A DNA stretch of 32,000 nt from Bdellovibrionales bacterium (GTDB taxonomy: Bacteria; Bdellovibrionota; Bdellovibrionia; Bdellovibrionales; UBA1609): positions 1,230,001-1,262,000 of the forward strand of contig OZ252021.1 in the NCBI GenBank assembly GCA_965247685.1. Reading direction: 5' to 3'. Made by a program: the position numbers and the translations under genes. This document shows positions 11,001 to 17,304 of the stretch, in pieces. The notes below the pieces were generated by a model. That model searched no databases. It saw only the letters and a program-made list of their open reading frames with translations, and had not been told where the DNA came from. The stretch's first letter is position 1. Every line of letters begins with the position of its first letter.

Positions 11001-11165
11001 GGACTATTCCCTGCAGCGTATGGTCTAGGGGGGTCTGATCACCTACTAGTGCCAATGACTCTTGCCTTTACTTGGGGGCTTTTGAGTGGAAGCTTGCTGA
11101 CTCTTATTTGGATTCCATGCGGTTATGCCATCATTGAAGACATTAAAAAGAAATTTTTTCATTAA
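8094..11165 (+). CDS. RND-superfamily efflux permease (AcrB/CzcA-like)
   Basis: 1023 aa. N-terminal FIKNPKLTSVLTITILVMG segment typical of the family, two large soluble loops each followed by hydrophobic bundles, and TM4-like GMLVDNAVVISEN. Confidence 0.92.
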   Translation: MNSCFNFFIKNPKLTSVLTITILVMGFLGLRSLRRETRPAVDFARVIITTHFPGASAQEVEEQVTLKIEEQIRTVDGIKESRSLSAHGMSNLTIFIDLDNVNTLDVVDELQRALSKVKDLPSSLLDDPYFFHLKAKEIPILKVLIKGDNSQRKRDELAFQLKTFLERDSGIANIQMSGYKPREFKVILNPEKLNEHHVSVNEVAQAVTYYAKDISAGVLRSSSHIYQVNFFTQLKDVKKMENIIIRSNFSGKKILLKDLGRVEDSHEEATEIIRFNNKPTTYLTIAKKEKEDSITLSNRIKELLKKYPLPEGYQVQVYDNEAENTERQLGIVWNNAWVGMALVLAILLLLLPGNLGFLSALSLPISILGTIAICSAFDITFNTITMLAFIICIGMLVDNAVVISENYARLRLDQFSNQEAALKSVMQLYKPVTATVLTTISAFLPMLVTQGIMGQFIMWIPITVSVALMVNLFDAFLLLPSRLQFTIRKNTNKISRIQNQFQILTNQFSQFISFCIHRRYLSFSILFGMIIASLWINARWNEFILFPKDNVRKFYIYYETKPGTSVEQTDQWVESLTDQVLNKVEMDEIKGLLTQSGGQGHAFFSKGKSGENTGEMWLLVKDDSKYRTQPMALLKKLRTIKDDKFEILRFDVQAGGPPVGQALHLVLTSFNRKELKQYVEELESKLSKIPGIIELENDWVTTGPEYHIQPRTDRLAELKLNPTLLGQTLQMALKGYIAGEFVDQGETFYMRVYYDDRVRANMDLLKQTKIQTPTGSLIPLSEVIQVNYRPQGNPIRKRYDFQPSVEVQAKVQKGLINSYQANAKASKIIEKMKKKYPSVSHTFLGENRSSKESMESLRSAMVLASFGIFIILLIMFRGFMVSTLALSSIGLGLIGVSLAFALHQRPLSFLAMVGIVGLTGVMINSSIILLSFIEDTKKQFSDMSIHDVLVQSARFRFKPIVITTFTTVCGLFPAAYGLGGSDHLLVPMTLAFTWGLLSGSLLTLIWIPCGYAIIEDIKKKFFH

Positions 11166-11325
11166 TCACCTTCAGCATTCTGCAATGTAGTAAAAGTGTC
11201 TAAATCTGGACAAAGTGACGAAACTTGAACACTTTTCTCTTCTAAAACTCTTTAAAACATTCCCTATCCATGACCTTCGATTTGCCTATTAAAAAGTAAG
11301 TTCATTACTTTTTAAAGGAGGAATT

Positions 11326-11541
11326 ATGTTTTATACAGATCAGCTCATTTCTGGCAAATTGGTAAAAAATCTAAAACTATTTGGACTGAACCCCAATAAT
11401 TGGAAGATCATTCAAAGTCATCAATCGAACCACTGGTTTATTGTACATAGGAAAAATCAGTCTATCCGATTAAAAGGTATCTCTTGCTTTAAAGATAGAA
11501 ATAACCCTTATTGGAAAACTATTGAAATGACCTCATTTTAG
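11326..11541 (+). CDS. hypothetical small protein (71 aa)
   Basis: Strong SD AGGAGG at 11316-11321, 4 nt before the ATG. No recognisable motifs and no TM segment. Confidence 0.5.
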   Translation: MFYTDQLISGKLVKNLKLFGLNPNNWKIIQSHQSNHWFIVHRKNQSIRLKGISCFKDRNNPYWKTIEMTSF

Positions 11542-11656
11542 GTCGCTATTCATAATAAAATCCCCTAGTCTCAAGCTGTTTTTTAAAATATCCAGCTCTT
11601 AAAATATTCCTTTTTTAAACTTTAAGAAAAAAGTTATTTTTTCCGATAAAGACAGC

Positions 11657-14600
11657 ATGACATTTCTCAACACAAATTGGATCAAAAAGTGGAATCATGA
11701 GAGTTCCTGTCTGCTCTTAAAATTCTTCTTCCAAAAAACCAGCTTTATTATATTGTTCACTTTAGTGTTTCATCACTCCGCTTTTGGAGGTTGGTTTTGG
11801 GACAATGAATGTGAAGAAATATTTAATTGTGAATCCACTTTACATGATTCACCATCTTCCATAGGTTTTGGAGGGAATAACATTGATCAAGTGACACACA
11901 ACCTTTCATCACAGGGCTCGGATTGCCCTATAACTTTAATGAACCAGTATCTCAGAGATTGCGAAGATGGGATTATTTTTTCAGACTCAACAAAAGAGAA
12001 GATAGAATCAAAGTGTCAACCAATACAATTAAATATAACTCCTGAAAAATTAGAAGCTCAAATCAGAAATAAACTATCTAATAAAAACATTCCTGAAATT
12101 AGCCATTGCTTAAAAGAGCCTTTTACAACTGAGCCTTTTGATTCTAATCCGGATCCTGATGTGGATATAAAAACACTTCCAGAAGATCAGCATCAAGCTT
12201 TTATCACAGAGTATTATGCCAATGCTCAACGACTTCAAGATAGACTCAGAAGTCAGTTTCACAATATATCTGCTATTGATCAAATGCTAGGTCAAACAAC
12301 TTTAGATTGTACAGAGGGTGGTAGTGTATCTCAAAAGATCCAAAGTGAATGTCAAACACTAAGAAATTGCCAATCTTCGAAAGAAAAAGTTCAAGAAAAT
12401 CTAGAAAAAATAGCCAAAGACACTATCCTAGCTTTAAAAACTTACTATAAACTTGAAAATGAGATTAACCAATTTGAAAATGAAATTAATCGATGTTATA
12501 TGAGGGGTCACAATCCTAAACAATGTACCTCTGAAATCAAGAAAGAAAAACAAAAAGACAAGGAAGAAAAACAACAAACACAACAAGCACTTGAAAAAAA
12601 TTATCCATGGATGTTAGGAGAAGTTTTTAAAGATGGAGTAGAGGATGAAAACCTTCATGAACAAATCAAAAAATTAGAAATCAATAAAGATCTTGAAATT
12701 TCACCAAAGTTAACAAGAGGAGTTGCTAAACATATTAGAAGCCAACTTAAAGATACTCGTGAAAAATTATCAGATCACATAGAAAACACAACCGATACTT
12801 ATGGTTGTATGATCAAAAATAAAGATTGTGAAAATATTAAAGGTAGCTTGTTCGGTTCCGACTCTGTAAAACAAGGTAATATGCAAAAAGTCCTACAAGG
12901 ATCCCCTGCCATTGCTGGAGAACTATTGGAAGAAGGCTCCTCTTTAAAACCATACTTTGAACACGCTCAGTGCCGACAAAATCAAAGACAAATCGCAGAA
13001 GCCAATCAAGATTTCGAGAAATGGGGATTTCTAGATGCAGGGCTTATAGTTGGATCTTTAGTTCTTATACCATTTACAGGAGGAACTGCGACGGCTACGG
13101 CTATAGCTAATGCAGCTGCAAGGGTTGGAGTTAGAATAACAGTATCAGCAGCTACAAAAACGAGGAATATTAAGGCTGCAAGGACTCTTTTGCTCTTAAC
13201 TGAATTAGGAGCTACAGCTTTTATGTCGGATGATGCTTTTAATACATGCACAGAAGATATAGAAGTGTTTGAAAATGTAGTTTCACCAAGTACTGAGAAT
13301 ATGTGTGAAAGTCTAGACCATAGAATACAAATCAAGAATGAACTCGGTAGTTGTGTACTCCAAGCCTCTTTGGCTACTGTGGGTTGGGCTATTCCTGGAT
13401 TTATGGTTGGCAGAAAAATTTATAGAGGAATAAAATCAAAAACTCCAGGCACAGCTGCGACAAATTTAGACCCAGTTCCGAAAGATCCAGATCTAGTTGC
13501 GAACCCAGCTGCGAACGCATTTGAAGATCAAAGTATTTCAAAAATAGCAAATGAAATACAAGAATTAAAGATTGAAGGATTATTAAAAGATAAAATTCAA
13601 AAAATGATTACAGATAATTTAAAAAATCAAAATATTACAGAATTTTTCAAACTCACTGGAAATAACAATTTAATCAGATTCAAACATAATGGTTTATTTT
13701 ATGATATAGTAAAGAAAGATGGTAAGATCATTATACATGCTCAAGACTCTTTGAATCCAAATAAAATAACATCTAGAGGTTTAAACACAGACCCAGCTGC
13801 GAACCCACCTGCGAAAAATTCAGACCCAGCTGCGAACCCACCTGCGAAAAATTCAGACCCAGCTGCGAACCCACCTGCGAAAAATTCAGACCCAGCTGCG
13901 AACCCAACTGCGTCTGTGTTTAAAGATCCAAGTATTTCAAAAATAGCAAATGAAATACAAGAATTAAAGATTGAAGGATTATTAAAAGGTAAAATTCAAA
14001 AAATGATTACAGATAATTTAAAAAATCAAAATATTACAGAATTTTTCAAACTCACTGGAAATAACAATTTAATCAGATTCAAACATAATGGTTTATTTTA
14101 TGATATAGTAAAGAAAGATGGTAAGATCATTATACATGCTCAAGACTCTTTGAATCCAAATATAATAACATCTAGAAGTCCAGACACAAAGGCGATAAGA
14201 AAGCTCAGCGATACAAAGAGTATAGAACCTATTACAAAAGAAGTAGCGACAATAGCTAGAAGAGTAAATTCAAAAAATGTAAATGCAAGTAAAAAGAAAA
14301 TCCAAAAAATACTTACGAAGGCATTAAAAGACAAATACAAAGGAATAACAATTAGAAATTCCAATGAGGGTCTCAATTTAATCAGATTCAAACATAATGG
14401 TTTATTTTATATAGTAGGGAAAGAAGGTAGGATTACTAAACTTACTAAACAAGATTTTGAAGTATCCAAGATATCACAAGTAGTAGATGATATATTTGAA
14501 AAAAAAATAAATAATAAAATTTTACTTAAAGAGAAAATCCAAGAAATACTTACGAAGGCATTAAAAGACAAATACAAAGGAATAACAATTAGAAATTCCA

Positions 14601-15406
14601 ATGAGGGTCTCAATTTACTCACATTCAAAAAAGATGATTTATTTTATATAGTAAGGAAAAATGGTGATGTTATTAATTATCCTTCTCCAAGTTCTCCTAA
14701 ACCTTCTGTGAAAGCAGTTACGAAAACCACAACTCCTTTACCTGCGCGCACAGTTGCTGCTGCTAAAGATGCACTACAAGGACTAAGAAGGATACCTTCT
14801 TCAATAGTTCCAAAAAGAGCTATGGCACATATTCCTCCAGTAGACGAAACAGGAAGAAGAAAAGAAATTGTTGCAGCACCACTCGCAGTAGCCCCTGTAG
14901 CAGCTGCTGCTGATCCCACTGATGATGATAAAGTAAAAAATAATAAAAATAGAAAAAAGGCAAGAAGTTTAAAAGCCTGCTCTTCCGAACTTACAGCAGG
15001 AAGTTATCTTTCTCGAATTTGTGCTTTGCAGGCTCGAATAAAACAACTGGATGCAAGTATTGCACAATCTCGTGCAATCAACGACCAACTCTCCCTTCAA
15101 TTATGGGGAGGAGTTCAAAGTAATGTCCTTGCCCCACAATTTATCACTGAAATGGAAAACTTTCTGAAAATAAAAAAACTTGTAACAATAGAAGATCAAT
15201 ATCTTTTAAGACATATGCTAAACATTACTATCTTACAAGAGCGACTTGACAATAATCCCAATGCACAAACACAGCAAAAAATGAATGAATTCCTGCAATA
15301 TTTTGATCAATATATAAGAAACCCCGATAGTGCTCAAAGCTTGGATAATTCTCAATATATCAGAGAACGCATTGCTATTTTAGATCAACTCACCACCCGC
15401 GCCTAA
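11657..15406 (+). CDS. large orphan modular protein (1249 aa): signal-anchor, Cys-rich region, hydrophobic core, four repeat modules, Pro/Ala linkers, helical C-terminus
   Basis: Uninterrupted 3.75-kb ORF. N-terminal hydrophobic segment SFIILFTLVFHHSAFG. Many Cys in the first ~450 aa. Hydrophobic stretches at about 13020-13410. Four modules share the core LIRFKHNGLFY / LLTFKKDDLFY. In-frame DPAANPPAKNS repeats. No family recognised. Confidence 0.8.
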   Translation: MTFLNTNWIKKWNHESSCLLLKFFFQKTSFIILFTLVFHHSAFGGWFWDNECEEIFNCESTLHDSPSSIGFGGNNIDQVTHNLSSQGSDCPITLMNQYLRDCEDGIIFSDSTKEKIESKCQPIQLNITPEKLEAQIRNKLSNKNIPEISHCLKEPFTTEPFDSNPDPDVDIKTLPEDQHQAFITEYYANAQRLQDRLRSQFHNISAIDQMLGQTTLDCTEGGSVSQKIQSECQTLRNCQSSKEKVQENLEKIAKDTILALKTYYKLENEINQFENEINRCYMRGHNPKQCTSEIKKEKQKDKEEKQQTQQALEKNYPWMLGEVFKDGVEDENLHEQIKKLEINKDLEISPKLTRGVAKHIRSQLKDTREKLSDHIENTTDTYGCMIKNKDCENIKGSLFGSDSVKQGNMQKVLQGSPAIAGELLEEGSSLKPYFEHAQCRQNQRQIAEANQDFEKWGFLDAGLIVGSLVLIPFTGGTATATAIANAAARVGVRITVSAATKTRNIKAARTLLLLTELGATAFMSDDAFNTCTEDIEVFENVVSPSTENMCESLDHRIQIKNELGSCVLQASLATVGWAIPGFMVGRKIYRGIKSKTPGTAATNLDPVPKDPDLVANPAANAFEDQSISKIANEIQELKIEGLLKDKIQKMITDNLKNQNITEFFKLTGNNNLIRFKHNGLFYDIVKKDGKIIIHAQDSLNPNKITSRGLNTDPAANPPAKNSDPAANPPAKNSDPAANPPAKNSDPAANPTASVFKDPSISKIANEIQELKIEGLLKGKIQKMITDNLKNQNITEFFKLTGNNNLIRFKHNGLFYDIVKKDGKIIIHAQDSLNPNIITSRSPDTKAIRKLSDTKSIEPITKEVATIARRVNSKNVNASKKKIQKILTKALKDKYKGITIRNSNEGLNLIRFKHNGLFYIVGKEGRITKLTKQDFEVSKISQVVDDIFEKKINNKILLKEKIQEILTKALKDKYKGITIRNSNEGLNLLTFKKDDLFYIVRKNGDVINYPSPSSPKPSVKAVTKTTTPLPARTVAAAKDALQGLRRIPSSIVPKRAMAHIPPVDETGRRKEIVAAPLAVAPVAAAADPTDDDKVKNNKNRKKARSLKACSSELTAGSYLSRICALQARIKQLDASIAQSRAINDQLSLQLWGGVQSNVLAPQFITEMENFLKIKKLVTIEDQYLLRHMLNITILQERLDNNPNAQTQQKMNEFLQYFDQYIRNPDSAQSLDNSQYIRERIAILDQLTTRA
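13532..14176 (+). repeat. intragenic direct duplication, 399-bp period (13532-13777 and 13931-14176)
   Basis: I aligned the two 246-bp copies by eye and found 2 mismatches (GAT/GGT and AAA/ATA codons). 399 bp equals 133 codons, so the frame is preserved. Confidence 0.9.
13790..13912 (+). repeat. 33-bp perfect tandem repeat x3 plus a diverged partial fourth unit, in frame (DPAANPPAKNS)n
   Basis: gacccagctgcgaacccacctgcgaaaaattca begins at 13790, 13823 and 13856. A partial copy starts at 13889. A degenerate relative lies at about 13470-13520. Confidence 0.92.
14297..14617 (+). repeat. intragenic direct duplication, 237-bp period (14297-14380 and 14534-14617)
   Basis: 84-bp cores differ at one base (aaaaaat vs aagaaat). 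The copies diverge downstream. 237 bp equals 79 codons. Confidence 0.85.
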
Positions 15407-16578
15407 AAGTGAACGACTGCAGAAGAACGAGCTGCCACACGATTACGGTTTTCTATAAGAATAAATCCAAACTTATTTTCCCACTTAAGACCTTTTTTAG
15501 AATCATAAGTCAAAACAGTTTGCAGTTCATGATTCTTCATATTCTTATTTGATCGATTGGTGATCCATATATGCACAAGCCTAACATTAAAATTATCCAT
15601 TAAGTCAAAATTCAAAGAAGGAGAAATTACAATAGAGTCATTAAGTCCCAGGCTGTGTCCTTCTGAAGTTTCACCCAGAACAAAGTAAAAATAATCCCAA
15701 AGAATAAAACTAGGATTCCAATTTGCATTGGCCACATAATCCTCAGTAACATAGGCTCCAACCAAACTCACCACAAGAGAATGAAATTTCGTTTTCCAAT
15801 CAGCCTGCAACACACCTGCGTGCTGATTCCACTCTTCTTGAGAACCCCACTCTGCTGAAAAACTAAAAGGCTCATAGTCATAATGACCAAATACATTTGT
15901 CGTACTCTCTGATCGATAAGGTGAATTTTCAAAACTACTTAAATCATTAAAAGAGTTCATAATTTTCGTTTTATGTAAAGCTCCAATCTCTAAACCCTTT
16001 TCTTTATAACCTACTTCCAAAGCCAAAGAAAAATCACGACCTGTTCCAATCTCTTGATCTCCTATTTGTTCCTTAAAGTAAACGATACCATAAGGTTTCA
16101 CATAAAAAGAATCATACTCAATCTTTATAGAAACTCCATCACGAACATCGTAAGCCGGCTCTAAAAAATGGTCTCCAGAAGAATAAGTAAGCCCTAAACC
16201 AAAATCAAAAGGCATACGACCAAACTCCAACTGTACAAACTCATTGTTGTATCGAGTGTAAAAATAAACGGGGTTAAATTGAATTATCTGAGTATTGGAG
16301 CTGTGAATAAAGTTTTTTGTTCGAGAAAAACCAAATGTAGCAGGTTTATTAAAGCCGAGCAGCAAACGAGAGTTCACAGACAATCCATCAGACACACGAG
16401 CCACAGAATCCATCAACATATACTGCTCAACTGCAAACTGAGAGATCTTTTCACTAAGATTATAATCATAGTAAACCTTACCTAAATAGTATCCAGACCA
16501 ATCCAGTTGAAAAGCCCAAGAATAAATAGGAAATAAAATAGAAAATAAGACTAAACTTTTGAATCGATTAAAAGCCAT
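15403..16578 (-). CDS. putative outer-membrane beta-barrel protein
   Basis: 391 aa. Signal peptide MAFNRFKSLVLFSILFPIYSWA-FQ, alternating aromatic/hydrophobic strand-like pattern rich in Tyr/Gly/Asn, terminal ...AVVHF. Its stop (15403-15405) overlaps the stop of the convergent 1249-aa gene (15404-15406). Confidence 0.6.
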   Translation of the reverse strand: MAFNRFKSLVLFSILFPIYSWAFQLDWSGYYLGKVYYDYNLSEKISQFAVEQYMLMDSVARVSDGLSVNSRLLLGFNKPATFGFSRTKNFIHSSNTQIIQFNPVYFYTRYNNEFVQLEFGRMPFDFGLGLTYSSGDHFLEPAYDVRDGVSIKIEYDSFYVKPYGIVYFKEQIGDQEIGTGRDFSLALEVGYKEKGLEIGALHKTKIMNSFNDLSSFENSPYRSESTTNVFGHYDYEPFSFSAEWGSQEEWNQHAGVLQADWKTKFHSLVVSLVGAYVTEDYVANANWNPSFILWDYFYFVLGETSEGHSLGLNDSIVISPSLNFDLMDNFNVRLVHIWITNRSNKNMKNHELQTVLTYDSKKGLKWENKFGFILIENRNRVAARSSAVVHF

Positions 16579-16639
16579 GTTTTCCCCCTTGAAAATAGAA
16601 TGAATATATTATCAAATATGAAAAATAAAAAAGCAAATC

Positions 16640-16945
16640 TTAATGAGAACTGAGATTTCTTTTTTTTAAAGGAACTAGACCTCTTCGAACCATCTCATCC
16701 TCCAGATAATTACAGTAAAGAACATCCCATTCAGAACTCCCCTCTACCACTTGTTTTTTCAAGGAGGATATCTTCTCCTTCACTTTTGAATCCATTTCCT
16801 CACATTCTCTGAGGCAATGACTCAATGTGACCCGTGTAGCCTGAACCGCTTTATCTTTATCTCCATAAGCCACTAGACCTGTGGCCTCTAAGGAGTCCAC
16901 GACCAAATGTATCCAATAACTTTGTCGAGCATCGGAAAGTATCAT
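16640..16945 (-). CDS. DUF507-like small protein
   Basis: 101 aa. The N-terminal L-S-D-x-R...HLVVDSL segment and the SSLKKQVVEGSSEWDVLYCNYLEDEMVRRG segment match my recollection of the DUF507 family. The start overlaps the upstream paralog's stop (ATGA, 16942-16945). Confidence 0.6.
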   Translation of the reverse strand: MILSDARQSYWIHLVVDSLEATGLVAYGDKDKAVQATRVTLSHCLRECEEMDSKVKEKISSLKKQVVEGSSEWDVLYCNYLEDEMVRRGLVPLKKRNLSSH

Positions 16946-17220
16946 AAAATAATTCCTTTTTTTTCAGCTAATTTTTGTCTCAACATGGAACGCATTTTTT
17001 GTCGATTAAACGATGTTCCATGGCTTTCCTCCAAATCATTAAGCATTCTAACGACTTCTTTTTCTAATTCCTGCTCTTTCAACAGGTCTTCAGAAATGGC
17101 ACGACAGACCTCTTGAATCACTACTGAATCATTCTGCAAAACTTGAATAGACGGATTCTTCTTTATATTTTTGACTAAGGATTTTGCAAACCAATAGCTA
17201 TGTTGTTCTGTCCATCTCAT
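16942..17220 (-). CDS. DUF507-like small protein (paralog)
   Basis: The track ORF starts at GTG 17274. ATG 17220 (MRWTEQHSYWFAKSLV...) gives a 92-aa product of the same size and helical, charged pattern as its neighbour. Confidence 0.55.
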   Translation of the reverse strand: MRWTEQHSYWFAKSLVKNIKKNPSIQVLQNDSVVIQEVCRAISEDLLKEQELEKEVVRMLNDLEESHGTSFNRQKMRSMLRQKLAEKKGIIL

Positions 17221-17304
17221 ACTTTGAGTTGACAGGAATAATAAATATCTGTCAAGAATTAGAAAAAATAACACAGCACCAACAAAGGTCTTAAAAAGAT
17301 TAAT

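Noticed and set aside
11291-11313. Hairpin AAAAAGTAA-gttca-TTACTTTTT as terminator of the RND operon or a translational regulator of the 71-aa ORF
   Set aside because: The stem has a single G-C pair in an AT-rich genome and is too weak to call without 3'-end data.
13790-13912. CRISPR-like array (33-bp direct repeats)
   Set aside because: The repeats are contiguous with no spacers, are in frame inside a long ORF and encode a Pro/Ala linker. No cas genes are present.
13006-14919. Minus-strand track ORFs 13006..13335, 14140..14391, 14407..14628 and 14677..14919
   Set aside because: All are antisense to the uninterrupted 3.75-kb plus-strand ORF. Two of them merely mirror the intragenic duplication, and none has an SD.
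15403-15406. Overlapping convergent stop codons of the 1249-aa gene and the beta-barrel gene as a regulatory feature
   Set aside because: The overlap is real, but compact genomes often show this. I have nothing beyond the 3-4 nt overlap to interpret.
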